In this document: positions 9,449 through 18,496 of the stretch, in pieces
How the letters are laid out: every line of letters begins with the position of its first letter
Position numbering within the stretch: the first letter of the stretch is position 1
Virus record (IMG/VR): IMGVR_UViG_3300036801_000470
Coordinates: 1,613-65,612 of that record
Source of the DNA: a virus
Taxonomy: Duplodnaviria > Caudoviricetes
Length of the DNA stretch: 64,000 nt
Strand: one strand, 5' to 3'
Program-made: the position numbers and the translations under genes
Notes under the pieces: model-generated
The model's database searches: none
Seen by the model: only the letters and a program-made list of their open reading frames with translations
What the model was told of the DNA's origin: nothing

Positions 9449-9478
9449 GAAGGCGGGCGTCACGTGGCGCCCGCCTTC
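9449..9478 (+). terminator. GC-rich hairpin after the two-gene module (terminator or processing site)
   Basis: GAAGGCGGGCG...CGCCCGCCTTC perfect 11-bp stem; no U-tract. Confidence 0.5.
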
Positions 9479-9505
9479 GCCACCGAACGGGAAACGATGT
9501 AGTCC

Positions 9506-9874
9506 ATGCTCGAGATGACCTCCAAGACCCGCTACCGCCTGCGCCGCATCGACCGCGCACCCGACGACCGGACGAAGTCCTACGCAAGCCGCGAGGAGGC
9601 GGAGACCGCTCGGGATCGCGTGCTCTCGGCCAAAGAGGCGGCATCCTGGGAGATCGTGCCGCAGACGAGCGGACCCTCGGGAGCGCGCGACGAGGCCGCG
9701 CGCTCGAAGGTGCCGCGCACGTTCACCCTGGCACCAGAGGTCTGGGAGACCGTGGGCCGCCTGGCGCTCTCGCTCGGCCTCACCAAGACGCGCGTGGTCG
9801 AAAACGCCGTCCGTCTCTACGACGAGAAGGTCGGCACCGAAGCCTCCCCGCGCCGCGCGCGCCCGAAGAAGTAA
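9506..9874 (+). CDS. Ribbon-helix-helix (CopG/Arc-like) regulator
   Basis: C-terminal KVPRTFTLAPEVWETVGRLALSLGLTKTRVVENAVRLY fits the RHH pattern. Confidence 0.7.
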   Translation: MLEMTSKTRYRLRRIDRAPDDRTKSYASREEAETARDRVLSAKEAASWEIVPQTSGPSGARDEAARSKVPRTFTLAPEVWETVGRLALSLGLTKTRVVENAVRLYDEKVGTEASPRRARPKK

Positions 9875-9906
9875 GGCGCCCGCCGCTCTTTCCCGTCTCA
9901 AAGCAC

Positions 9907-10021
9907 TTGCTTCGCGCAAGCAACGTGACCAGTATTCTGGTCGATGCTACGGTCCGATTCGATGCAGCGAGCTGCTGCGTCGATCGTCACGCACGTCTTG
10001 TACGACCAGCATTCTGGTCGT
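9907..10021 (+). promoter_or_regulatory. Promoter-like TTGCTT-N17-CAGTAT with two GACCAG-N4-CTGGTC palindromes (9927-9942, 10004-10019)
   Basis: Palindromes read directly; third copy at 49073-49088. Confidence 0.6.
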
Positions 10022-10104
10022 TTGCCGCTGGGGGAGGATGACCATGACCCGGGCCTATCCACGTCGCTACTACAGCGGGTGTGCCCTCGCTCGGTGAAGC
10101 CGTC

Positions 10105-10320
10105 GTGAGCGAGTTCACCTGTCCGAAGTGCGGCTCGCATTACTTCAACACCGATCTGCTGGCCAGGACGGGGCACTGCAAAGGCCGCCTCGTCCTCTCT
10201 TTGTACGGGCACTCCTACACGCGCTGCGACTTCTCGTGGCCGCGCGCCGAGGACGCCCGCGTCTTCGCTTCGCCTTCGCCGGAAGTGGTCTTCGAATCGG
10301 GCCTCGTGAAGGCCCGCTGA
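10105..10320 (+). CDS. Small zinc-ribbon protein
   Basis: CPKCGS...C...C. Confidence 0.55.
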   Translation: MSEFTCPKCGSHYFNTDLLARTGHCKGRLVLSLYGHSYTRCDFSWPRAEDARVFASPSPEVVFESGLVKAR

Positions 10321-10372
10321 CGCCTCGAGCTGATGGGAGGGAGGACGCGATGAAACTGCCCTTGAGGACGCC

Positions 10373-10576
10373 GTGAACGCCACGGCGATGCAGATGAGTG
10401 CGAAGCTCGGCGAGCTCGCGCGCACGGTCGGCCGGAGCTCCCAGTGGGAGAGCCTCGCCGGCGAGGCGGAGATGACCTGGGATGAGGCGAAGGAGCTGAC
10501 GCTCCCGGTGTTCACGGCGCGCCTCGTCGTCGTTCGGACGCGGGGTCTGCGCCTTCAGCCTGTGAGGCGATCATGA
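10373..10576 (+). CDS. Hypothetical protein
   Basis: GAGGA upstream, ATGA overlap with next gene. Confidence 0.45.
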   Translation: MNATAMQMSAKLGELARTVGRSSQWESLAGEAEMTWDEAKELTLPVFTARLVVVRTRGLRLQPVRRS

Positions 10577-10860
10577 ACAAGCTGAGCCTTCGGGCGAGGG
10601 TGCTGGTGTCGATCGTCCTCGCGGCCGTCGGGGGCTGCGCGGGCGCCTACTGCGGCGCGACGGAGCATGAGGCGGCGCAGGAGCGCGCGCGAGCCTCGCG
10701 CTGCGAATCGAAGCTCGAGACCTCGCGCCAGATCATCCAGTTCGACGAGGACCTCCTCGACATCTGCCAGGCGGCGCTCGGACCGGGGAGTGACTCAGGG
10801 AAGATCAGCGCGCCCGTCGCGGAGCCGGCCGCGGACAAGGCCCACGGGACGGAGCTGTAG
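10573..10860 (+). CDS. Small membrane-anchored protein
   Basis: N-terminal hydrophobic segment followed by a short coiled coil. Confidence 0.55.
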   Translation: MNKLSLRARVLVSIVLAAVGGCAGAYCGATEHEAAQERARASRCESKLETSRQIIQFDEDLLDICQAALGPGSDSGKISAPVAEPAADKAHGTEL

Positions 10861-10863
10861 GCG

Positions 10864-11655
10864 ATGCTCACTCCCCTCTGCCAGCGCTGGCGGGCGCGAC
10901 GCGCCTCCTATCGTCCCGCGCGGGAGCCGATTGACACCAGGCGGTTCGAGGTCGCTCCCATCGAGCGCGATGTTGCGCGCGGCTATGTCATAGCCAATCA
11001 CTACGCGGCGTCATACCCGGCGGGGCGCCTGAACTTCGGTCTATTCCAGGGTTCCGCGCTCGTCGGTGTCGCGGTCTTCTCCCATCCGGTGAACGAGGCC
11101 ACGCTGAAGGCGCTCCCCGGGGAGGGTCTCGAACGCATCGAGCTCGGTCGCTTCGTCCTCGACAACGAGGTCGGTGGGAACGGGGAGTCCTGGTTCCTGG
11201 CGCGCTGCTTCGAGCAACTTCGCTCCGAAGGGATCGTCTCGGTCATCTCCTTTTCCGACCCGGAGGCTCGATGCACGGCGGCCGGCGAGCCGGTGTTCGC
11301 CGGGCACATCGGTGGCATCTACCAAGCGAGTAACGCTGTCTACGCGGGGCGTGCTCGCCCCGATACGCAGCGACTCCTACCCGATGGCACGGTGCTTCAC
11401 TCGCGAGCGATCGCCAAGCTTCGGAAGCGTGAACGCGGGTGGACGACGGCCGCTCGTCTGCTCGAGAGCTACGGCGCTGAGCCTCTCCGTGTCGCCGAGG
11501 ACGCGGCGGCTTGGGCCGAGCGCTGGGTGCCGCGTCTGACCCGCAAGCGGCGCCACGACGGGAACCACAAGTACCTCTTCGGGCTCACGCGCGCCGCCAA
11601 GCGCGCGCTTCCCGAGAGCCTCCCTTACCCGAAGCTCGCCGCGAGGCTCGCGTGA
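10864..11655 (+). CDS. mom: Mom-family (GNAT-fold) DNA adenine modification protein
   Basis: ANHY, LVGVAVFS, IELGRF..D, NGESWFLARC, VISFSDP, GHIGGIYQASN motifs characteristic of Mu Mom homologues. Confidence 0.8.
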   Translation: MLTPLCQRWRARRASYRPAREPIDTRRFEVAPIERDVARGYVIANHYAASYPAGRLNFGLFQGSALVGVAVFSHPVNEATLKALPGEGLERIELGRFVLDNEVGGNGESWFLARCFEQLRSEGIVSVISFSDPEARCTAAGEPVFAGHIGGIYQASNAVYAGRARPDTQRLLPDGTVLHSRAIAKLRKRERGWTTAARLLESYGAEPLRVAEDAAAWAERWVPRLTRKRRHDGNHKYLFGLTRAAKRALPESLPYPKLAARLA

Positions 11656-11831
11656 AGCGCAAGGCCGCCCCTCGCACGCTGGAGGAGCTTTACCCGAACA
11701 GCCGGGCGCGCGCTGTGGCGTGGGACGCGGTGGATGCGCTCTCGGTGAGCGAGCCCATGAGCGTTTACCTCGACACGTTCGACGAGGCCTATACCAAGGC
11801 CGGGGGCAAGAGTCCCTGGAGGCACGCTTGA
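11652..11831 (+). CDS. Hypothetical protein
   Basis: GTGA coupling with mom. Confidence 0.5.
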   Translation: MKRKAAPRTLEELYPNSRARAVAWDAVDALSVSEPMSVYLDTFDEAYTKAGGKSPWRHA

Positions 11832-12358
11832 GAGTAGTGACTCCGAACCTCCTGCACCCCGAGAGCGACCCTCGCGCGCAGGACGGCGCCGTCACGCTCT
11901 GGCTGGTCATCTACCCCCACGCCGAGTGGCAGATGCTCACGCTCGGGGAGGCCCGGAGCCGCCGCCTGGGCATCCGCACGGACCGCGGCCGCTACCCCGA
12001 GTGGCTCCGTCACGAGCTCGCGCACACGGGCTGGGAGGACATGCTCGGCATCGACTGGGCGCGTCTTCGGAACGAAGACCACGCCCGCTGGCTTCTGGAG
12101 CACGGCGTCGCTCCGGGGCAGCCGTTTCTCGCGCGCATCCCGCAGCCGCGCGGCGTCGTCAGCCGCACGATGGATGGGGACGAGTACGACGTCGCGTACG
12201 ACGGGCCGGAGATCTTGGACCGGATGCCGTGGCCCCGCGAGCGCGTTGTCGCCGCGTGGCGCCGCTGGATCGGACTCGAATGCCTTTGGCGCAAACTACA
12301 TGAGGCGTGGCGGCGCGACCTACGCCTGCAGCAGGCCCGCAACGGAGCAGCGGCATGA
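11828..12358 (+). CDS. Hypothetical protein
   Basis: Natural-looking ORF, coupled at both ends. Confidence 0.55.
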   Translation: MRVVTPNLLHPESDPRAQDGAVTLWLVIYPHAEWQMLTLGEARSRRLGIRTDRGRYPEWLRHELAHTGWEDMLGIDWARLRNEDHARWLLEHGVAPGQPFLARIPQPRGVVSRTMDGDEYDVAYDGPEILDRMPWPRERVVAAWRRWIGLECLWRKLHEAWRRDLRLQQARNGAAA

Positions 12359-12699
12359 GCGTCGTTCCCAGTCTGGGTCGCTGCATGCGCCCGATTCACT
12401 GCCGACCGAGCGCGCCGAAGTGCGACCACTGCCGGAGGGTGGTCGCCGACGCGAAGAAGCGCGCGGAAGCGATTGTCGCGACGGTGCGCGCGGAGATCGA
12501 TGCGGCGGTGGAGGATCTCGACTCGGCACGCGGCCAATCGTCTCCGCAAGAGGTGGTCGCGCAGGTGATCGCGGCCGCGCGCGAGGTGGATGCGGCGCAA
12601 GGCCGGAGCGGGAATCCATACGTCCGCGCCAGGCATCGCCTCCACCAGGCGATCGAGCAACTCGACAACATGGAACGGGAGATGGGGCTTAGGAAATGA
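12355..12699 (+). CDS. Hypothetical protein
   Basis: ATGA overlaps at both ends. Confidence 0.55.
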   Translation: MSVVPSLGRCMRPIHCRPSAPKCDHCRRVVADAKKRAEAIVATVRAEIDAAVEDLDSARGQSSPQEVVAQVIAAAREVDAAQGRSGNPYVRARHRLHQAIEQLDNMEREMGLRK

Positions 12700-14231
12700 G
12701 ACCGCCCTCGGTACGACTCTTTGCAGACGAGATCGTCGTCGACAACTTCGCCGGCGGCGGAGGGGCGTCGACGGGGATCGAGCGGGCGACCGATCGCTCC
12801 CCGGACCTCGCGATCAACCACAACGAGAACGCCCTCTCGATGCACCAGCGCAATCACCCGCGCACGCGCCATCTTCACGGCGACGTGTGGGACGTGGACC
12901 CGGTCGCCGTCTGCGCGGGGCGCCCGGTGGGCCTCGCGTGGTTCTCCCCCGATTGCACCGACTTCTCCCGCGCGAAGGGAAAGCGCCCCCGATCCCCGCG
13001 CGTTCGGGCGCTCGCCTGGGTCGTCATCCGCTGGGCCCGGACGGTGCGGCCCCGGGTCATCTTCATGGAGAACGTCGGGGAGTTTGCCGACTGGGGCCCC
13101 CTCGACGCGGAGGGTGAGCCCGACCCCGCGAAGCGCGGGCGGACGTTCAAGCATTGGCTCGGCAAGCTCCGCGGCGCTGGCTACCAGGTCGAATACCGGG
13201 AGCTCCGCGCCTGCGACTACGGCGCGCCCACCATCCGGAAGCGGCTCTTCCTGATCGCTCGCTGCGATGCTCGCCCCATCGTCTGGCCGATCCCGACGCA
13301 TGGGTTTGGCGGCCAGCCGCACCGGGCGGCGGCCGAGTGCATCGAGTGGGCCCTTCCCTGCCCCAGCATCTTCGGCCGGAAGAAAGCCCTCGCCGAGAAC
13401 ACCCTCCGCCGCATCGCGCGCGGCGTGCAGCGCTTCGTCCTCGAGTCCGGGCAGCCGTTCCTCATCCCGACCACGCACCAGGGCGACAGCCGCGTCCACT
13501 CGATCGCGGAGCCGCTGCGCACCGTCACGGGCGCGAATCGCGGGGAGCTCGCGCTCGTCGCCCCAAGCCTCATCCAGACTGGCTACGGCGAGCGCCGGGG
13601 ACAGGCCCCGCGGACGCTCGACATCCTCACGCCCCTGGGCACGGTCGTTGGTGGCGGCCAGAAGCACGGGCTCGTGTCGGCGTTCCTGGCGAAGCACTAT
13701 GGCCACCCCGACCGGAAGTCCGGAGGCGGCGCCGTCATCGGCAGCGAGCTGCGGAGCCCGATCGGGACCGTGACGTCGACCGACCACCATTCGCTCGTCA
13801 CGAGCCACATGGTGAAACTGCGCGGTACGTGCCCCGACGGCCAGCGGATGGACGCGCCGGCGCCGACGATCACCGCGGGCGGGACGCACCTCGGCGAGGT
13901 CCGGTCGTTCCTCACGCGCTTCAACGGCACCGGGGGCCCTGAACCCGTCCAGCTGCCGCTCGGCTCGGTGACGAGCAAGCCGCGCTTCGGGCTCGTGCGC
14001 GTGAGCGGGGAGGACTACGCGATCGCCGACATCGGGTTCCGAATGCTCCAGCCGCGCGAGTTGTACCGGGCGCAGTCGTTCGCCGACAGCTACGAGATCG
14101 AGCGCGGGCACGATGGGCGCGTGTTCACGAAGGAGACGCAGATCTTCCTCTGCGGGAACAGCGTTCCCCCGGTGATGGCCGAAGCGCTTGTGCGGGCGAA
14201 CCTCGCGAGCCGGGAAGAGGTGGCTGCTTGA
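12696..14231 (+). CDS. C5 DNA cytosine methyltransferase
   Basis: FAGGGG (I), SPDC (IV), MENV (VI), RKRLF (VIII), RML.PRELYRAQ (IX), GNSV (X). Confidence 0.95.
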   Translation: MRPPSVRLFADEIVVDNFAGGGGASTGIERATDRSPDLAINHNENALSMHQRNHPRTRHLHGDVWDVDPVAVCAGRPVGLAWFSPDCTDFSRAKGKRPRSPRVRALAWVVIRWARTVRPRVIFMENVGEFADWGPLDAEGEPDPAKRGRTFKHWLGKLRGAGYQVEYRELRACDYGAPTIRKRLFLIARCDARPIVWPIPTHGFGGQPHRAAAECIEWALPCPSIFGRKKALAENTLRRIARGVQRFVLESGQPFLIPTTHQGDSRVHSIAEPLRTVTGANRGELALVAPSLIQTGYGERRGQAPRTLDILTPLGTVVGGGQKHGLVSAFLAKHYGHPDRKSGGGAVIGSELRSPIGTVTSTDHHSLVTSHMVKLRGTCPDGQRMDAPAPTITAGGTHLGEVRSFLTRFNGTGGPEPVQLPLGSVTSKPRFGLVRVSGEDYAIADIGFRMLQPRELYRAQSFADSYEIERGHDGRVFTKETQIFLCGNSVPPVMAEALVRANLASREEVAA

Positions 14232-14698
14232 AGCTCGACCCCATCACGCTCTGCCTCGTCGGCTGCGGCAAGGCGAAGCTGTCCCGCCGCGCAAAGGCCA
14301 AGGCGCTCTATACCGGGAACCTGTTCCGCGCGGCGCGCGCCTGGGCGGAGAACTGCGACGAGTGGCGCATTGTCTCGGCCCGCTACGGCCTCGTGGACCC
14401 GGAGACGGTCCTCTCCCCGTACGAGCACCGGCTCGAGCCCAAGGAGGCTGCGCAGTGGGGGCAGGCCGTCGCGAATAGCATCATCGGCGAGTTCCTCGAG
14501 TGCGGGCCCGTCACGGTCGTCATCCTGGCGGGCGAGGACTACGCGCACCCGATCATGTCCGGACTCCGGGCGAGCGGGGACACCTGGCGCTGCAACATCG
14601 TCGACGTGGTGGCACCGCTGCGCGGCCTGGGGCTCGGCAAGCGCCTGGCGTGGCTCGCCGATGACTCGGCGTGGCTGGCGCAACGGAGGTCCGCGTGA
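14228..14698 (+). CDS. DUF6884-like protein
   Basis: LVGCGKAK...ALYTGNLFR...IVSARYGL...PY...LAGEDY...PLRGLGLG pattern. Confidence 0.7.
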   Translation: MKLDPITLCLVGCGKAKLSRRAKAKALYTGNLFRAARAWAENCDEWRIVSARYGLVDPETVLSPYEHRLEPKEAAQWGQAVANSIIGEFLECGPVTVVILAGEDYAHPIMSGLRASGDTWRCNIVDVVAPLRGLGLGKRLAWLADDSAWLAQRRSA

Positions 14699-15294
14699 AG
14701 CCCGAGACAGAACGTCACGACTGGATCGTCCTGGTGGCCTCCCACATCGCCGTGGCGCCCGATATGCGCCAGCACGGGGGGCTCATGTGCCTCCGCTGCG
14801 GCGAGACGCACGTCGTCGTCTTGCCCGCGCGCATCGACATGGTGGCGGCGACGGGCGAGGCCTTCGAGAAGCTCCATCGGGTCTGCAAGCCTCACCCGGA
14901 TGGCGACGCCTGCACAATCTGCCTTCGGCGCGGCCACGACCCTCTCCAATGCCCTATCGGGAATGCCAAGACCGCGGAGGAATGGATCCGCGGGCCCGAC
15001 ACGGGGCTCAGCTCCAAGACGATCTGGTCGGTGATGATGGGCAATCCGCTCGTGCTCGGGGACTGGGGGCCGCATACCCCCAGCGACGCGAGCGACTTCG
15101 GCCGCTGCTATCGACTGCTCAAGGTCGTTCCAGCGTGGCGCGCCCACCTGCACGAGGTGGCGGCGAAGTACCCGAAGTGGACGAAACTCGTCGAAGCCTG
15201 GGACGAGCTCTCGCGGCTGTACGAAGAGGAGATCCCGAAGGGGCGGGGCCGCGCGCCGAAGCTCTACGCCAAGATCAAGGAGTGCACGCGATGA
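14695..15294 (+). CDS. Conserved phage hypothetical protein
   Basis: DTGLSSKTIW...PSDASDFGRCYRLL motif; N-terminal Cys clusters. Confidence 0.7.
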   Translation: MKPETERHDWIVLVASHIAVAPDMRQHGGLMCLRCGETHVVVLPARIDMVAATGEAFEKLHRVCKPHPDGDACTICLRRGHDPLQCPIGNAKTAEEWIRGPDTGLSSKTIWSVMMGNPLVLGDWGPHTPSDASDFGRCYRLLKVVPAWRAHLHEVAAKYPKWTKLVEAWDELSRLYEEEIPKGRGRAPKLYAKIKECTR

Positions 15295-15944
15295 GCAAGG
15301 CGCCCGGCGCTCCGAAGGAGCGTCCCCTCATCTTCTCGGCGCCGATGGTCAACGCCATCCTCGCGGGGACGAAGACGCAGACGCGTCGGCTCGTGAAGCC
15401 CCTACAGGCGCGCATCGCTCCTCGCGTCGCGGCAAGCGACTTGGGGGCCTACTTCTGGCTCCCACCGCTCGGCCGTAAGTCAGGCGGCTGGATCGAGTGC
15501 CCGTATGGCTTCCAGGGTCAGCATCTACGGGTCAAAGAGACTTGGGCTCCGCATGCCGATGAGGAGCGTCACTTCAAGGCCGCGCGGCCGTGGAGCGCCT
15601 CCATCTGCTATCGCGCCGACGGCGCGTTTTGGGACAACGATGACGGGCGCGGGGGCCGTGGCTGGTACGTGCCCGGGGGCGACCCTCACATCAACCGGTG
15701 GCGTTCGCCGCTCTTCCTGCCGCGTTGGGCGTCCCGGCTCATGCTCGAGATCACGAGCATTCGCATCGAGCGCCTGAAAGAGATCAGCGAGGAGGACGCG
15801 AGGGCGGAGGGGTATGGCGTCGCCTTTGGCCCGGGAATGTTCGCGCGCTCGTTCCCGTCCTACTGGGACTCGATCAACGCCGAGAAGGCGCCGTGGTCCT
15901 CGAACCCTCGCGTATGGGTCATCGGCTTTCGAAAGCTGCCGTGA
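15291..15944 (+). CDS. ASCH/PUA-like phage protein
   Basis: ERPLIFSAPMVNAILAGTKTQTRR, LRVKETW, RIERLKEISEEDARAEG, NPRVWVIGF. Confidence 0.8.
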   Translation: MSKAPGAPKERPLIFSAPMVNAILAGTKTQTRRLVKPLQARIAPRVAASDLGAYFWLPPLGRKSGGWIECPYGFQGQHLRVKETWAPHADEERHFKAARPWSASICYRADGAFWDNDDGRGGRGWYVPGGDPHINRWRSPLFLPRWASRLMLEITSIRIERLKEISEEDARAEGYGVAFGPGMFARSFPSYWDSINAEKAPWSSNPRVWVIGFRKLP

Positions 15945-16062
15945 ACATCGCCCACTGCGCCACCTGCGGCCGCGAGCTCCGCTTCTACACGCTCGCGATG
16001 GAGCCGCGCCCGGCTCCGCCGCCGCCCATCTACTGCTTTGACCACGACCCGAGGAGAAAGCG

Positions 16063-16740
16063 ATGCTGACCGGAGTAACCATCACGGGCGCCGACGACCG
16101 CGTCGACCCCGTTGCGCTCGCCCACCTGAGCGAGGAGTTCCCGTTCGTCGAGTGGGGGATCCTGGCGTCGGAGACGCGCGCCGGCACGCCACGCTACCCG
16201 ACCAAGGCGTGGGTCGACACGCTCGGCGCCGGTCGCTACGCCGTGCACCTCTGCGGCGCCATGGCGCGGGATGTACTCGAGGGGAACGGCGCGGTCATCG
16301 CGAGCGCGCCTCTCCGCTTCGGACGCATCCAGGTGAACGGCTACAAGCCAGGGTGGCCTTCCTTCCTGCATCTGGTGCGCGTCTGGACGGGCCGCCGGCT
16401 CATCCTTCAGGTGCGGTCGGAGGATCAGCTTCAGGCTGCCGCAAACGAAGTCGCCGAGATGGGCAGTAGCGGGCGCGCGGAGATCCTCTTCGACCCGTCC
16501 GGTGGTCGCGGCATCGAGACCTTTCGATGGCCCGCCACCCCGATCGGCGTCCCCATGGGCTTCGCGGGCGGCATCAAGCCCTCGAACATGCTCGACGTCC
16601 TCTCCGAGATCGGGCCGCGGGACGCCCCCTTCTGGATCGACATGGAGAGCGGCGTACGGTCGGGGGAGGACACCTTCGACCTTCGGCTCGTGCGAGAGGT
16701 GCTCGAGCGCGCGGCTCCTTTCGTCGTGAAGGGGCCCTGA
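16063..16740 (+). CDS. TrpF (PRA isomerase)-like TIM-barrel protein
   Basis: LFDPSGGRG, GFAGGIKPSN, WIDMESGVR phosphate-binding motifs. Confidence 0.75.
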   Translation: MLTGVTITGADDRVDPVALAHLSEEFPFVEWGILASETRAGTPRYPTKAWVDTLGAGRYAVHLCGAMARDVLEGNGAVIASAPLRFGRIQVNGYKPGWPSFLHLVRVWTGRRLILQVRSEDQLQAAANEVAEMGSSGRAEILFDPSGGRGIETFRWPATPIGVPMGFAGGIKPSNMLDVLSEIGPRDAPFWIDMESGVRSGEDTFDLRLVREVLERAAPFVVKGP

Positions 16741-17261
16741 TGCGCAACCTCGCCGGAAGCCCCGACTGCGACCACTACATCGATGCCGAGCTCTCGCGCG
16801 CCAAGATCGACCTCGTTCACCACGACGCCATGGCCGACGCAGAAGTCCGCTCGAGCATCACGGGCCGCCTCGGCGCGTTCAGCTTCAAGCGGGCCTGGCG
16901 CTACTACATCGCCAGCGGCCCCTTCCCGCTCGACGTGGCAGAACGCCTCTATATCGCCGAGCGCGCCTGGCGGAGCGACGTTCGCGCAGGGGGCCACTGC
17001 GCCTGTCCGGAGCCTCGCACGCAGGCCACGTACTTTGATGCGGATGGCAAACAGCGAGTCTCTCGCGCCGAGGAGGCTGACTTCATGGCCTTCGCCGCGC
17101 GCGGGGACGGCATCGGCGCTCACATTCGCGAAGCCATCAAGACGCTCGTCTTCGTCGAGGACCCGGCGGCAGGCGCGCATCGGTCGATCGTCGATACGTT
17201 CCACATCGACTCCGAACTCGGCCTCTGGCTCTTCGCTGACGCGGTCGAGAAGCTTCCCTGA
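16740..17261 (+). CDS. Hypothetical protein
   Basis: TGATG coupling, natural composition. Confidence 0.65.
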   Translation: MRNLAGSPDCDHYIDAELSRAKIDLVHHDAMADAEVRSSITGRLGAFSFKRAWRYYIASGPFPLDVAERLYIAERAWRSDVRAGGHCACPEPRTQATYFDADGKQRVSRAEEADFMAFAARGDGIGAHIREAIKTLVFVEDPAAGAHRSIVDTFHIDSELGLWLFADAVEKLP

Positions 17262-17644
17262 TGGCGTGGTACGGCACGACTCGCGCGGGGGTGAAGGCGA
17301 AGAATGCCCGCCACGCAAAGCGCCGCGCCGAGCGCGAGAAGGCCGCGCACGTGGACGGCGACATCATCGACCTCGATCGCGTCTACGCCGTTCACAACGG
17401 CCGCTGCCACCTCTGCAAGCGCCGCGTCGCGCGCGAGCTCGCCCACTTCGACCACGTCATCGCGCTCGCTTCGGGCGGGGAGCATTCCGAAGAGAACCTC
17501 GCGCCGAGCCACCCCAAGTGCAACCTGGAGAAGGGCGCGCGGGACCCGGGCGCGTCGAAGAAGAAGGGCCTCCGGCGGCGCGCGCCGCTCCGCCGCAAGC
17601 CCAAGCCGTTGCCGCCCGCGCCGGGCGGGGAGGAGTGCTTCTGA
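17261..17644 (+). CDS. HNH endonuclease
   Basis: CHLC...FDHVIALASGGEHSEENLAPSHPKCNLEK. Confidence 0.88.
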   Translation: MAWYGTTRAGVKAKNARHAKRRAEREKAAHVDGDIIDLDRVYAVHNGRCHLCKRRVARELAHFDHVIALASGGEHSEENLAPSHPKCNLEKGARDPGASKKKGLRRRAPLRRKPKPLPPAPGGEECF

Positions 17645-17949
17645 TGGTCGACTTCGAAGGAACGCATGCGGACCCGCTGACGCTTCCGCCCGAGCGAGAT
17701 TGGAGCAGGCTGCTCGAGGAGATGACGGCGGCCGTCGAGAAGATCCGACGCGACTATCCTGACCCGCCGATCCGATGGGAACTCGCGTTCGATCTGTACG
17801 AGCAGCTGAAGAAGCTCGTGCCGGCCGCGATGGCCCCTGAGTCAGGACTGACAGCGCTCGCGGAGATCTTCGGACGCGGCACTCCCATCGTCGTCGCGCC
17901 CTGGCGGCAGCCCGGAGAATGGGGCCCCATCTTCAAGGCGGGCCGATGA
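17644..17949 (+). CDS. Hypothetical protein
   Basis: TGATG coupling. Confidence 0.55.
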   Translation: MVDFEGTHADPLTLPPERDWSRLLEEMTAAVEKIRRDYPDPPIRWELAFDLYEQLKKLVPAAMAPESGLTALAEIFGRGTPIVVAPWRQPGEWGPIFKAGR

Positions 17950-18182
17950 CGAAACCCTCACCGGAGCTACTGGCGCGCGCCCGTGAGATGTGGGCGAGCG
18001 CCCAGGCCAACGTAGCCGCTCTCGACGCCTGCCAGGGACCGCACGACTTCCTCGACATCACGCCGGAGAAGCCGATCGGCAAGCGCTATCGCTGCTCGCT
18101 CTGCAGGGGCGAGGTCGATGCCCACGCCGAGCGCTGGTACCGGCAGGGGATCGAGCACGCGCACGCCGCACCGAAGATCTAG
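17946..18182 (+). CDS. Hypothetical protein (possible Zn-binding)
   Basis: C..PH, CSLC; last gene of the + strand run. Confidence 0.6.
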   Translation: MTKPSPELLARAREMWASAQANVAALDACQGPHDFLDITPEKPIGKRYRCSLCRGEVDAHAERWYRQGIEHAHAAPKI

Positions 18183-18445
18183 CCGCAGAAGGCGAAGTAC
18201 AGCCCTCCCATCAGCACCAGGAACGGCACGCAGAGCCAGAGGTAGATCGCCGTCGTGTTGATGGGCGGCGGCGGCGGACGCCCCTCCGCGATGGCCTTCG
18301 CGATCTCCACTTCTCGGTTCGCCCTGGCCTGCTCGATCCCGCCGACGATCCCTGCGACGATCGGACTGTCGTACTCGGAGGTATGGGAGACGCCGTCCTT
18401 CGTGACGGTAACCCGGTGTTTGCCCATCGAGCCGAAGGCCACCAC
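18179..18445 (-). CDS. Small protein with C-terminal transmembrane helix
   Basis: IYLWLCVPFLVLMGGLYFAF. Confidence 0.55.
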   Translation of the reverse strand: MVAFGSMGKHRVTVTKDGVSHTSEYDSPIVAGIVGGIEQARANREVEIAKAIAEGRPPPPPINTTAIYLWLCVPFLVLMGGLYFAFCG

Positions 18446-18496
18446 GCGGGCCGAGCTCCCTCAAGATGAGCGCATGCCCAGTGGTAGCTTGACCTG

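Noticed and set aside
16063-16740. Calling this gene trpF (tryptophan biosynthesis)
   Set aside because: Only the fold motifs match and no other trp genes are present; function left open
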